Below are positions 49,384 to 59,592 of a stretch of 64,000 nt of DNA, piece after piece. The stretch's first letter is position 1. Every line of letters begins with the position of its first letter. The translations under genes were made by a program, and so were the position numbers. The notes under the pieces are model-generated. The model ran no database searches. It was not told the origin of the DNA and saw only the letters and a list, made by a program, of their open reading frames with translations. Origin of the DNA: an uncultured Gammaproteobacteria bacterium (GTDB taxonomy: Bacteria > Patescibacteriota > Microgenomatia > Daviesbacterales > UBA10151); assembly GCA_964392925.1 (NCBI GenBank), contig CAYMRP010000001.1, positions 165,585 to 229,584 on the forward strand, written 5' to 3'.

Positions 49384-51438
49384 ATGGATTTTAAGATTTC
49401 AAGTCAATTCAAACCCACCGGCGACCAGCCTCAGGCAATTGATAAACTAGTTTCCGGTCTAAATAAAGGTGAAAAAAACCAGGTTCTGCTTGGGGTAACT
49501 GGTTCTGGAAAAACTTTTACTATGGCCAACGTCATCGAAAAAGTTCAAAAACCTACTCTAATAATTTCTCACAACAAAACTCTGGCCGGTCAACTGGCTC
49601 AGGAATTTAAATCCCTTTTCCCCGAAAATGCGGTTGAATATTTTGTTTCATACTACGACTATTATCAGCCCGAAGCTTACATCGCAGCCTCAGACACTTA
49701 CATCGAAAAAGAAACCCAAATTAATGAAGAAATCGAAAAACTTCGACTCTCAACCACAACATCACTCTCAACCCGCCGTGATGTAGTTGTTGTCGCCTCA
49801 GTCTCATGTATCTATAACTTAGGCTCGCCTAAAGAATATATCGGAGCTACCATGGAAATAAAAGCCGGAATGAGTCTGGCAATCGATTCAATAATTAAAA
49901 TGTTAACTAAAATGTTTTATTCAAGAAACGAAATCGACTTTAAACGCTCAACTTTTAGAGTTAAAGGCGACACAATCGATATTTTCCCTTCCTACACTGA
50001 TCACGCTCTTCGTCTGGAACTCCTGGGTAATAAAGTCGAAAGAGTCTCTATTCTCGATCCATTAACAGGTGATATCACTCCAACTTCTCATACCATTACC
50101 TTATATCCGGCCAAACATTACATCACCCCAGAGCAAAGATTAATGCCTGGAATTGCCCAAATTGAAAAAGATTTAGCCAAACGTCTTAAAGAACTAAAAG
50201 ATCAAAATAAATTAATCGAAGCCCAGCGTTTAGAACAACGAACCAATTATGATATCGAAATGATCAGAGAATTTGGTTATTGCAACGGCATTGAAAACTA
50301 CTCCCGTTATTTCGAAGGCCGTGCCCCGGGTGAGCCTCCTTATTCGTTAATGGAATATTTTGCTAAAGATTTCCTGGTGATTATCGACGAGTCGCATATT
50401 ACTATCCCTCAAATAAGAGGCATGTATAACGGTGACCGCGCCCGTAAAACTAATTTAGTTGATTTCGGTTTCCGTCTGCCTTCAGCCCTAGATAACCGCC
50501 CTTTAAAGTTTGATGAATTTTTAAGACGAATCAATCAAACAATTTTTGTTTCAGCCACTCCTGATGAATATGAACTATCACTAGCAGCCGCAGGAGCAGA
50601 TCCTATAAAACCTGAAACTCCTTTTGAAGAAAAGCCAGTTATTAAAATTGGAGATGCTGACTGGTATGCTCAGCCTAATGTTGCCCAGCAATTAATCCGT
50701 CCAACCGGAATCATTGATCCAGAAATCGAAGTCAGAAAAACTGAAGGCCAAATTCCAGATGTTATGAAAGAAGTTGAAGCTCGCGTTGCTAAGGGTGAAC
50801 GTGTTTTAATCACCACTTTAACTAAAAGAATGGCCGAGGATCTCTCCGAATATCTAGCCGAACGCAAAGTTAAAGTCACTTATCTTCATTCCGATATCGA
50901 AACTTTAAAACGGGCCGATATCCTTCAATCATTAAGAATGGGGGAATACGATGTAATTGTGGGAATCAATCTATTAAGAGAAGGTCTCGATTTACCAGAA
51001 GTTTCCCTCGTCATTATTCTTGATGCCGATAAAGAAGGTTTTCTTCGTTCCCGAACCTCACTCATTCAAACCATGGGCCGTGCTGCCCGTCATATTGAAG
51101 GAAAAGTTATTATGTATGCCGACAGGACTACTAAATCTATGGAAGCCGCCATCGAAGAAGTCGCCCGAAGACGCGAATATCAGTTGGCATACAATAAAGA
51201 ACATGGCATCACTCCTAAATCGATCAGCAAAGCTCTAAGAGATAGATTAATCGAAAAAGTTGAAGAGTTAGAAGAGCAGTCAGGTAAAAAGAAAGCTCTT
51301 ACTGTTGATGACATTCCGGAAAAAGATAAAAAAGAAATGATTAAGCTTCTGGAAGAACAAATGCAGGAAGCCGCTTCGCTACTCGATTTCGAACAAGCAG
51401 CCAAAATTAGGGATCAAATAAAAGAATTGGGATCTTAA
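49384..51438 (+). CDS. uvrB: Excinuclease ABC subunit B
   Basis: GVTGSGKT, YYDYYQPEAY, DESH, GINLLREGLD, GRAAR, UVR domain. Confidence 0.98.
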   Translation: MDFKISSQFKPTGDQPQAIDKLVSGLNKGEKNQVLLGVTGSGKTFTMANVIEKVQKPTLIISHNKTLAGQLAQEFKSLFPENAVEYFVSYYDYYQPEAYIAASDTYIEKETQINEEIEKLRLSTTTSLSTRRDVVVVASVSCIYNLGSPKEYIGATMEIKAGMSLAIDSIIKMLTKMFYSRNEIDFKRSTFRVKGDTIDIFPSYTDHALRLELLGNKVERVSILDPLTGDITPTSHTITLYPAKHYITPEQRLMPGIAQIEKDLAKRLKELKDQNKLIEAQRLEQRTNYDIEMIREFGYCNGIENYSRYFEGRAPGEPPYSLMEYFAKDFLVIIDESHITIPQIRGMYNGDRARKTNLVDFGFRLPSALDNRPLKFDEFLRRINQTIFVSATPDEYELSLAAAGADPIKPETPFEEKPVIKIGDADWYAQPNVAQQLIRPTGIIDPEIEVRKTEGQIPDVMKEVEARVAKGERVLITTLTKRMAEDLSEYLAERKVKVTYLHSDIETLKRADILQSLRMGEYDVIVGINLLREGLDLPEVSLVIILDADKEGFLRSRTSLIQTMGRAARHIEGKVIMYADRTTKSMEAAIEEVARRREYQLAYNKEHGITPKSISKALRDRLIEKVEELEEQSGKKKALTVDDIPEKDKKEMIKLLEEQMQEAASLLDFEQAAKIRDQIKELGS

Positions 51439-51743
51439 AAAAGTGGAGGAACTTCCATGCCTCGTTTTCTATAGTATCTAGCTTCAGCTTGAGATACTGG
51501 TAGTTCGCTATCTCCTTTGAGTAAGTTATATTCTCTGTTCCTAGCTCTATCTAATATTCTTCGGAAGTTAACAGGGTCTTTTAAAGCTTCTCTGTATACA
51601 GTCCTGATGCTTGTTTGCTTACTCCCAAACATCCAACTCTCCTGAGCAAATGTATTCAGTTCTTGGTAAACGTTCCATTTTGCGGCTTTATCATTGCACC
51701 TATCAAGCGTTTTTCTTATTCGTCCAGAAATTTCTCTTAACAT
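51435..51743 (-). CDS. Hypothetical orphan protein
   Basis: TATAAT 6 nt before ATG; stop overlaps the uvrB stop (TTAA). Confidence 0.6.
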   Translation of the reverse strand: MLREISGRIRKTLDRCNDKAAKWNVYQELNTFAQESWMFGSKQTSIRTVYREALKDPVNFRRILDRARNREYNLLKGDSELPVSQAEARYYRKRGMEVPPLF

Positions 51744-51872
51744 AATTAAATTATAACCTATAGATGTTTGGCTGTAAATATATGTTCTTACATAATCACT
51801 TATTAATCATATTCCCGCTAACGTTAGGCCTTTCAAAAGTTCCCAAAATCTGTTAGAATTTTCAAATTCTCT

Positions 51873-51888
51873 TTCGGCTAAAATTCGC
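51873..51888 (+). promoter_or_regulatory. Candidate LexA box TTCGG-N6-TTCGC upstream of uvrA
   Basis: Lies between -10 TAGAAT (51854) and ATG 51909. Confidence 0.6.
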
Positions 51889-51908
51889 ATCTCAGCAATA
51901 AATTTACT

Positions 51909-54812
51909 ATGACAAACGACAAAATTATTATCAAAGGAGCCAGGCAGCACAACTTAAAAAATGTTGATTTGGAAATCCCCAAGAACAAATTAGTGGTCTT
52001 TACCGGAATCTCAGGTTCAGGTAAATCTTCTTTGGCTTTTGACACTCTTTATGCCGAAGGCCAACGCCGCTATGTCGAATCTCTTTCCTCATACGCCCGT
52101 CAATTCTTAGGCGTTATGGATAAGCCGGATGTCGATTATATCGAAGGTCTTTCACCAGCCATCTCAATTGATCAAAAAGCCGCATCTCATAATCCTCGCT
52201 CAACAGTCGGCACAACTACTGAAATTTATGATTACATGAGGCTGTTATACGCCCGAATTGGTCATCCTCATTGTCCTGTTTGCGGCCGCGAAGTTTCCAG
52301 AATGAGCGTTCAGCAAATAGCTGAAGCCGCTATTAATAAAATTAAAGCCTCATCAAAAAAACAATATCGCTTTTTCGTTATGGCTCCAGTTGTTAATGAC
52401 CGCAAAGGCGAATTCACCTCGCTTTTTGAAGATTTACGCAAAAAGGGTTTCTCCAGAGTTAGAATCGATGGCCATCTCCGGGAACTATCTGAAGACTTCA
52501 TGCTCCTTAAAAATAATAAACACACTATTGATGTCGTAGTCGATCGTTTAGCTTTGGATAATAAATCTGTTCAGGAACAAAGTAATTACTCAAGACTTTC
52601 TCAATCAATAGAAACAGCGGCTAAAATGGGGGAAGGCTCCGTTATAATCTCTGAAGTATTAGATCCGTCTCTCGATTTCCCTCAAAATCCAAAAAAACTT
52701 GAAGATCATTTATACTCAGAAAGATTTGCTTGTCCCGTCGATAATATTGCTTTATCTGAAGTTGAACCTAGATTATTCTCCTTTAATTCCCCCCACGGAG
52801 CCTGTCCGGAATGTACAGGACTCGGCTCCTTACTCGAAATCGATCCAGAATCAATCTTAAACCCAATTCTCTCAATTCTTGAAGGCGGAATTCTGCCTTG
52901 GAGTAAGCTCGGAACCAGTGAAACTTGGTTCACTAGATTAATCCAGGCTGTTGGGGAAGAATATGGTTTTGCTATGAATACCAGGCTTGGAGAGTTAACT
53001 GAAGAGGCCAGAAAAGTTCTTCTTTATGGTGCCGGCAAAAAAGAATTCACAGTTTCCGGCAAAAACCGTCAGGGCAGAATGACTTCCTTTCATTCAACAT
53101 TCAAAGGCTTAGTTGAAAACCTTAAGGAAAGATACCGTGAAACTGAATCAGAATGGGTCAAAGCTGAAATTGAAAAATACATGGTCCGGGAGATTTGTCC
53201 AAAATGCAAAGGCTCAAGATTAAAAGATGAAGCTCTCTCCGTCACAATTGATCAACTTAATGTCGCCGAAGTCACGACAATGGCTATTAAAGAAGCTTTA
53301 GAGTGGAGTCAGAAACTGGAAATAGGAGTTGTTTTAAATGACCGTGAGCAGCAAATTGCCAAAGCCATCCTTAAAGAAATCATCGCCCGTCTTCAATTCC
53401 TAGTCGATGTCGGACTTGATTATTTAACTCTGGACCGCGCAGCCATGACTTTAGCCGGCGGCGAATCTCAAAGAATTAGACTGGCATCTCAAATAGGCTC
53501 AGGTTTATCCGGCGTTCTCTACGTTTTAGATGAGCCTTCAATCGGCCTGCATCAAAGAGATAACACTCGATTAATAACCACCCTCAAAAAACTCCGGGAG
53601 CTGGGTAACACTGTCATAGTTAATGAACATGATGCCGAAACTATGCTTGAAGCCGACTACATGTTTGAAATTGGACCAGGAGCAGGGGAACATGGCGGAA
53701 ATATTGTCGCCCACGGCACACCTCAGCAAATTTTAGATAACCCGGCTTCTTTGACCGGTAAGTATCTTTCCGGAAAAAAGAAAATCGAAATATTCCCTGA
53801 AACCAAAAGAAACGAAAATGCCGGGGAGTTGGAAGTAGTTGGCGCATCTGAACACAATCTTAAAAATGTTTCAGTCAAATTCCCTCTCGGCAAACTGATC
53901 TCAGTCACTGGTGTTTCAGGATCAGGTAAATCAACTATGGTTCACGATATTCTTTACAAATCTCTGGCGCAAAAGTTTTACCGCTCGAAAGAACGCCCTG
54001 GAAAACACGAGCAAATCCTTGGTTTAGAAAATATTGATAAGGTCGTCATGGTTGATCAATCACCAATCGGTCGAACTCCGCGCTCCAATCCAGCAACCTA
54101 TACTGGAGCTTTCACTTTTATTAGGGAATTATTCGCTAATTCTCCGGAAGCAAAAATCCGCGGTTATGGGCCAGGCCGTTTCAGTTTCAATGTTAAAGGC
54201 GGCAGGTGTGAAGTTTGCGAAGGTGATGGTCAAATTAAAATAGAAATGCAGTTCTTACCTGACGTTTTCGTATTGTGCGAAGGCTGCGGCGGTAAGCGTT
54301 ATAACCGTGAAGCCCTCGAAATCCACTTTAAGGATAAGGATATCTCTCAGGTCCTTGATCTAACTGTTGAGGATGCGCTGGACTTCTTTGCCAAAATCCC
54401 TCAAATTAAGAATAAATTTACAGTCTTAAACGAAGTAGGTTTAGGTTATATTAGGCTCGGCCAGGCAGCCACCACTCTTTCTGGTGGAGAAGCTCAAAGA
54501 ATTAAACTAGCCTCAGAATTATCCAAACGCCAAACAGGCCGGACTGTATATATTCTCGACGAACCCACCACAGGTCTTCACTTTGCAGATATTGAGCGCT
54601 TATTAAAAATCCTGAGAAGATTAGTTGATCTTGGAAACACCGTTATTATCATTGAACATAACCTAGATGTTATTAAAAATGCCGATTGGATCATCGATCT
54701 CGGTCCTGAAGGCGGGGTGGGCGGTGGAACTTTAATTGGCGAAGGCACTCCAAGGCAAATTGCCGATAATCCAAAATCTCACACCGGCACATATTTGGCC
54801 AAGATGCTCTAG
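51909..54812 (+). CDS. uvrA: Excinuclease ABC subunit A
   Basis: Two Walker A (GISGSGKS, GVSGSGKS), zinc fingers, LSGGEAQR, DEP. Confidence 0.98.
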   Translation: MTNDKIIIKGARQHNLKNVDLEIPKNKLVVFTGISGSGKSSLAFDTLYAEGQRRYVESLSSYARQFLGVMDKPDVDYIEGLSPAISIDQKAASHNPRSTVGTTTEIYDYMRLLYARIGHPHCPVCGREVSRMSVQQIAEAAINKIKASSKKQYRFFVMAPVVNDRKGEFTSLFEDLRKKGFSRVRIDGHLRELSEDFMLLKNNKHTIDVVVDRLALDNKSVQEQSNYSRLSQSIETAAKMGEGSVIISEVLDPSLDFPQNPKKLEDHLYSERFACPVDNIALSEVEPRLFSFNSPHGACPECTGLGSLLEIDPESILNPILSILEGGILPWSKLGTSETWFTRLIQAVGEEYGFAMNTRLGELTEEARKVLLYGAGKKEFTVSGKNRQGRMTSFHSTFKGLVENLKERYRETESEWVKAEIEKYMVREICPKCKGSRLKDEALSVTIDQLNVAEVTTMAIKEALEWSQKLEIGVVLNDREQQIAKAILKEIIARLQFLVDVGLDYLTLDRAAMTLAGGESQRIRLASQIGSGLSGVLYVLDEPSIGLHQRDNTRLITTLKKLRELGNTVIVNEHDAETMLEADYMFEIGPGAGEHGGNIVAHGTPQQILDNPASLTGKYLSGKKKIEIFPETKRNENAGELEVVGASEHNLKNVSVKFPLGKLISVTGVSGSGKSTMVHDILYKSLAQKFYRSKERPGKHEQILGLENIDKVVMVDQSPIGRTPRSNPATYTGAFTFIRELFANSPEAKIRGYGPGRFSFNVKGGRCEVCEGDGQIKIEMQFLPDVFVLCEGCGGKRYNREALEIHFKDKDISQVLDLTVEDALDFFAKIPQIKNKFTVLNEVGLGYIRLGQAATTLSGGEAQRIKLASELSKRQTGRTVYILDEPTTGLHFADIERLLKILRRLVDLGNTVIIIEHNLDVIKNADWIIDLGPEGGVGGGTLIGEGTPRQIADNPKSHTGTYLAKML

Positions 54813-54815
54813 TGC

Positions 54816-55151
54816 CTATTTTTGCCCACCTAGAACATCTGGATATTGTTTCCTTAAATCAAATGCAGCCCACCAGCTTTCTCCTGAAGTACCTCTCGAA
54901 GACTGTAGCAGTTGGGTTTCTCGGACCTCAAATATTCTTCCTAAGGCTGCAGCGTAATCTTTCTGTGGCGTATCTTTAAAAGTTTTTTTGTTTTTGGATC
55001 TTCTGTCTAGTAAAAAAGCTATATCTGCAAAATCACCATATTTCTCACGAAAGTATAGTCCGATATGTTTTTGCCCAGTGAGGACTTCCTCTGCGTGTTT
55101 TAACCTAATCTGAACAATTTCTTCTCTTCGAACAAGAATATCAGGTGTCAT
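54816..55151 (-). CDS. Hypothetical orphan protein
   Basis: 111-aa ORF convergent on uvrA. Confidence 0.55.
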   Translation of the reverse strand: MTPDILVRREEIVQIRLKHAEEVLTGQKHIGLYFREKYGDFADIAFLLDRRSKNKKTFKDTPQKDYAAALGRIFEVRETQLLQSSRGTSGESWWAAFDLRKQYPDVLGGQK

Positions 55152-55224
55152 CTTCCTGAGTATAAAACAAAATAATAATTTAGCAATATTTGATGCTGCA
55201 GCTCTAATTGCTGTACAATTAATT

Positions 55225-55339
55225 TGTCATTCCAGCGAAGGCTGGAATCCAATTTTCAATGATTCTTTGGAATTCAGATTATCCGCATAAAACCATTTCG
55301 CTCGTTTCTAAATGGATCCCTGCCTTCGCAGGGATGACG
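55225..55339. repeat. Gene-less doublet of the GTCAT..ATGAC palindromic repeat overlapping a CDS start
   Basis: TGTCAT-TCCAGC-GAAG-GCTGGA-ATCCAA and ATGGAT-CCCTGC-CTTC-GCAGGG-ATGACG; translates as WIPAFAGMT. Confidence 0.85.
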
Positions 55340-57178
55340 GCTACGATTCTTGTTCTATTATTCATATTTTCAAAAACTGTTTCCGCTGCCGGTGAATTCT
55401 CCACAACTTATGACATCAATTATTTAGTCCAACCAGATGGTTCGACTGATGTTGTTGAAAAGATAAAACTCAAAAACCTAACTGATCGCTTTTTCCCTTC
55501 CAGTTTTTCAGTTATTCTTCCCGGAACTGAAATCACCGATATCTCAGCCTCTGATAAGCAAGGGCCTCTTCAGGTTGTTTCTGAGCCTGATAGTTCCAGC
55601 ACAAAAGTCACTGTCACTTTTACTAATCAGCAAATAATCGGCCTCAACAAGGAATATGATTGGGAACTGCGCTTTAAAGATAAAGGAGTCACCCGTAATT
55701 TAGGCTCAGTTTGGAATATAAATTTGCCTAAAATAAGTCAGCAGGCTCAGGTAGATGGTCTTAGTTTAACTTTATCAGTCCCAACAAGTTTCGGTGATCC
55801 GGATTATATTTCTCCTCAGCCTTCACGAACTACTGAATCAGGCGGCCGGATTAATCTTAATTTTACCAACAACGAACTCCTAACCACAGGTATTTCTGCT
55901 ATTTTCGGCAACACTCTCAACTTTGAGTTCGAAACCTCCTATATTTTAAAGAACAGCTCGATTCTTCCTAAATACGAAAATATCGTCATTCCCAGCGGCA
56001 GCGCCTATCAAAAAACTTATATCACTAGTATTGAACCCCGTCCGGAAAACACCGAAAGTGATGCCCTCGGCAATTCAATTGCCATTTTTAAAATAGATCC
56101 TAACCGGGAAATAGAAGTTAAAGTCAGGGGCCATATCTCTACTTTTCTTAATCAGCAGTATAAAGATGTTCTTTCTTCAAAAGAAACGGAAATGTACACT
56201 AGTGAAACTGAATTCTGGGATAAAAACAATCCTAATATTCGTAATAAACTTCAGGAAATTATATCCCAAAATAATCCTGAAACCAGTTTTGAAAAAGCTC
56301 GTGTAATTGATAAGTACGTTGCGAACTTCCTAAGATTCGACCGGACCCGTATCGAAAAAAATGACTTCGTCAGATTCGGCTCAGTCACAGCTTTAAATAA
56401 TCCGGAACGCGCTTTAAGTGCAGAATTCCTTGATCTGGAAACTTCACTTTTGCGGGCAGCTGGAATACCTACCAGGCAAGTTATTGGCTTTGCCTTAAAA
56501 AACGGCAGTGTTAAACCATTTTCCTACTCCAATCAAAACCTCCACACCTGGCTCGAATTCTTTGATCCTTCCAAAGGTTGGGTCATTTCTGATCCGGCCT
56601 GGGAAAACACCACCAGCGGTGCCGACTTCTTTGCTTTTAATGATTTGAACCATTTAGCATTAGCCTTCTCTAATGGCGAAAAAGAGGATTATATTTTACC
56701 CACCAATATAAATGTCCAGGTTTATGAAGGCGAACTAAGTGAAAAAAAAGGCGCAGCCTTGGATATTCAGGTTGAAAAACAAATCCTCTCCGGTTTTCCC
56801 TCCAAAGCCAAAATTAAAATTAATAATCTCGGAAACTCTGCTTTTCCAGCCTCAACTTTAGAAATCTCCACCTCAAAAATTCTCCTTGAATTCCCAAACT
56901 CACAACCCGAAACAATTAAGTTAATTGAAACTCCGGAAATTCCGCCTTTCGGAAACTTAGAATATTCATTTAACCTAAAAACCGGCGCTATTTGGCATTC
57001 GTATCAGGATGCTTTTCAAGTCAGATTTACCGGAACTGATGACACCAGAATTATCGATGTCGTCCCGATCCTCTCCTATAAAATCTTTGCGGTGGAAATC
57101 TTCGGCGGCCTTATCATCATCGCCCTCTTCTATATCGTTATTCTTCTAATGCATCATAAATCATCCAAAAAAGAATAA
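55259..57178 (+). CDS. Surface transglutaminase-like protein (alternative start 55334)
   Basis: Signal peptide, LLRAAGIP.R...G, HTWLE, DPAW, C-terminal TM; Ser at the expected Cys position. Confidence 0.8.
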   Translation: MILWNSDYPHKTISLVSKWIPAFAGMTATILVLLFIFSKTVSAAGEFSTTYDINYLVQPDGSTDVVEKIKLKNLTDRFFPSSFSVILPGTEITDISASDKQGPLQVVSEPDSSSTKVTVTFTNQQIIGLNKEYDWELRFKDKGVTRNLGSVWNINLPKISQQAQVDGLSLTLSVPTSFGDPDYISPQPSRTTESGGRINLNFTNNELLTTGISAIFGNTLNFEFETSYILKNSSILPKYENIVIPSGSAYQKTYITSIEPRPENTESDALGNSIAIFKIDPNREIEVKVRGHISTFLNQQYKDVLSSKETEMYTSETEFWDKNNPNIRNKLQEIISQNNPETSFEKARVIDKYVANFLRFDRTRIEKNDFVRFGSVTALNNPERALSAEFLDLETSLLRAAGIPTRQVIGFALKNGSVKPFSYSNQNLHTWLEFFDPSKGWVISDPAWENTTSGADFFAFNDLNHLALAFSNGEKEDYILPTNINVQVYEGELSEKKGAALDIQVEKQILSGFPSKAKIKINNLGNSAFPASTLEISTSKILLEFPNSQPETIKLIETPEIPPFGNLEYSFNLKTGAIWHSYQDAFQVRFTGTDDTRIIDVVPILSYKIFAVEIFGGLIIIALFYIVILLMHHKSSKKE

Positions 57179-57208
57179 ATTTACTAGTAATTCTGATAAA
57201 ATACCCTC

Positions 57209-58534
57209 ATGGTTCCTTCTTTTATAACCCCAGAACTAATTCCTCATAAACCAGGAATTTACATCTATAAAAATAGCCAGGGTAAAGTCATTTATGTTGG
57301 CAAAGCCATAGATCTTTTTAGCCGTGTATCTTCTTACTTTAGTAAATCCTGGCACGATGTTAAAACTACAAAACTTGTAGAGAATATCGCCTCTGCCGAA
57401 ACAATAATCGTTGAATCAGAAATTGAGGCATTAATTCTTGAGGCCAACTTGATTAAAAAATTCATGCCTCTTTATAACATCAAGTTAACCGACGATAAGG
57501 ATTATCTTTACATAGTTGTTACAGATGAAGAGTTCCCTAAAATAGTGACTGCCCGCAAAAAAGATTTAATAAAAGTTAAGAAATGGTTCGGTCCATACCC
57601 ATCTGCAACTACCGTTAAAACCACTTTAAAAAAGCTTAGAAGAGTTTTTCCTTGGTGCTCCAGTAAATATTATGTCTCAAGCAATCAATATCAAGGGAAA
57701 GTTAGACCAAAGCCTTGTTTCTACTACCATATTGGTTTATGTCCTGGGCCCTGTGCTGGAACAATCTCCAAAGAAGACTATTTAAAAATCATTAATAGAT
57801 TCTCCAAATTTCTTGATGGTAAAAAAGCTGAACTTCTAGACGATCTAACTAAAGAAATGACAGTCCTATCAAAAGACCAACATTACGAAGAAGCTTCTAA
57901 AATAAAAAAAATTATGGAAGGAATCAACTACATAACTGCTCCAACAAAAATCTCCAACTATCTAGTAAATCCTAATTTCCTTGAGGATTTAAACCAGAAC
58001 TCTTTAGAAGAACTCCAAAAAGCCCTAAATCTTCCCGAGCTTCCCGCTCGTATCGAAGCCTATGATATTTCTAATTTCCAAGGCCAAGAAGCAACTGGTT
58101 CAATGGTTGTTTTAACTAATGGGGAGATAGATAAGTCTCAGTATCGAAGATTTAAAATTAAAATCACCGGCAAACCCAACGACTTTGCTATGCACGCTGA
58201 AATGATGGGGCGAAGACTAAATCATCCTGAGTGGGGAATCCCGCAGCTGTTTCTAATCGATGGAGGTCGGGGACAAGTGACCTCAGTAGTTGCAGCTATA
58301 AACCAAACTCTAAAAACAAACAGCAATTTAGCCATTAAACCATTTAACAATATCCCAATTTACGGTCTGGCAAAAAGAGAAGAGTGGTTATATCCGGCTG
58401 AAGGCGATCCAATAAAACTTTCTAAAAGAAATCTTGGCTTAAGACTTCTCCAAAAAATAAGAGACGAGTCCCACCGCTTCGCCATAACCTATCACAAAAA
58501 ACTTCGAGCCAAAGCCTTTTTGCCAAAAGAATAA
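57209..58534 (+). CDS. uvrC: Excinuclease ABC subunit C (compact, no C-terminal HhH)
   Basis: PGIY..IYVGKA, UVR, RIEAYDIS, IDGGRGQ, GLAK, RDESHRFA. Confidence 0.95.
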   Translation: MVPSFITPELIPHKPGIYIYKNSQGKVIYVGKAIDLFSRVSSYFSKSWHDVKTTKLVENIASAETIIVESEIEALILEANLIKKFMPLYNIKLTDDKDYLYIVVTDEEFPKIVTARKKDLIKVKKWFGPYPSATTVKTTLKKLRRVFPWCSSKYYVSSNQYQGKVRPKPCFYYHIGLCPGPCAGTISKEDYLKIINRFSKFLDGKKAELLDDLTKEMTVLSKDQHYEEASKIKKIMEGINYITAPTKISNYLVNPNFLEDLNQNSLEELQKALNLPELPARIEAYDISNFQGQEATGSMVVLTNGEIDKSQYRRFKIKITGKPNDFAMHAEMMGRRLNHPEWGIPQLFLIDGGRGQVTSVVAAINQTLKTNSNLAIKPFNNIPIYGLAKREEWLYPAEGDPIKLSKRNLGLRLLQKIRDESHRFAITYHKKLRAKAFLPKE

Positions 58535-58583
58535 TTTAGTCTGATAGGGATTTGACACCTTCGTTCTTACAATTTAGAATTCA

Positions 58584-58910
58584 TTGATGATAGATAACAT
58601 AGAAATTAATAGATCAGAAATCGCGTCTCATCATTCAACCCAAAAAGCCCACAATGCTGAGCTGAAAGATATGATCCCTGGGACTCAATTCCAAAGAACT
58701 AATCTTGTTGGACGAGTTGAAAGATGGAAAGTCATAACAGGTCCATATTCAGAACTTCCAACGAAGGTCATAAAAGTAGAAGTAATGGGTGTAAATGATT
58801 CAAAAATGCATTGTTATCATGCCCTTGATCTCGGTCTGGTTCCTTATGAAAAAAGCGGCTTATGGAATCGCTTAAAAGTGGAAATTATACCCCCAAAACC
58901 TAACACATAA
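58584..58910 (+). CDS. Hypothetical orphan protein
   Basis: TAGAAT just upstream; 108 aa. Confidence 0.55.
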   Translation: MMIDNIEINRSEIASHHSTQKAHNAELKDMIPGTQFQRTNLVGRVERWKVITGPYSELPTKVIKVEVMGVNDSKMHCYHALDLGLVPYEKSGLWNRLKVEIIPPKPNT

Positions 58911-58949
58911 TTCTTAAAACACCATCACTTCTCATGTATAATATATGCT

Positions 58950-59360
58950 GTGATTAAAACTGCCTTATTAAATTATCTGATTAATCTAATTATTCTTTGG
59001 GGGGTGACCGAAATCTTCCCCGGACTTTACTATACCGGCGGCTTCAAAACTTTAGCAATTGGCGCTCTCGGACTTATGGGTATGAATATAATAATAATTC
59101 CTCTCCTTAAAATTGTTTTTCTCCCTTTAAATATTTTAACTTTAGGGATTTTTACTTGGGTTATTAATGTTATTGCGCTTTACTTGCTAACAACAATTAT
59201 TCCTAACTTTAAATTAGTTCCTTATGATTTCCCTGGTGGTCCTTTTTTGGGAGGAGTGATCCCCGCTACCCATTTAACCGTTCTTTGGGTAGCAATTATC
59301 GCCTCTTTTATGATAGGATTTGCAAGTCACTTTTTTCACTGGCTTACCAGTAAACACTAA
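58950..59360 (+). CDS. 4-TM phage-holin-like (YvlD) family membrane protein
   Basis: N..I.P.LK...LP..ILTLG.F...IN motif. Confidence 0.85.
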   Translation: MIKTALLNYLINLIILWGVTEIFPGLYYTGGFKTLAIGALGLMGMNIIIIPLLKIVFLPLNILTLGIFTWVINVIALYLLTTIIPNFKLVPYDFPGGPFLGGVIPATHLTVLWVAIIASFMIGFASHFFHWLTSKH

Positions 59361-59365
59361 AATAT

Positions 59366-59584
59366 ATGCACAACGCTATACTTGTTATTGAAATAATTCT
59401 TGGGATTGCGCTCGTTGCGCTCGTCGTCATGCAATCCAAAGGAACTGGTCTAGGCTCCACATTCGGAGGAGACATGGGCTTCTACGGCACCAAAAGAGGA
59501 GCTGAGAAAATTCTTTTCGTTCTAACCATTATTGTCTCAGCGCTTTTTCTTTTAACAGCTCTTGTGGGAGTAATAGTTAATTAA
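59366..59584 (+). CDS. secG: Preprotein translocase SecG
   Basis: Two TMs, Q.KG.GLG..FGG, RG.EK.L. Confidence 0.92.
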   Translation: MHNAILVIEIILGIALVALVVMQSKGTGLGSTFGGDMGFYGTKRGAEKILFVLTIIVSALFLLTALVGVIVN

Positions 59585-59592
59585 TTTTTCGT

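Noticed and set aside
58950-59360. Prophage inferred from the holin-like gene
   Set aside because: This family is commonly chromosomal; it sits before secG with no phage genes nearby
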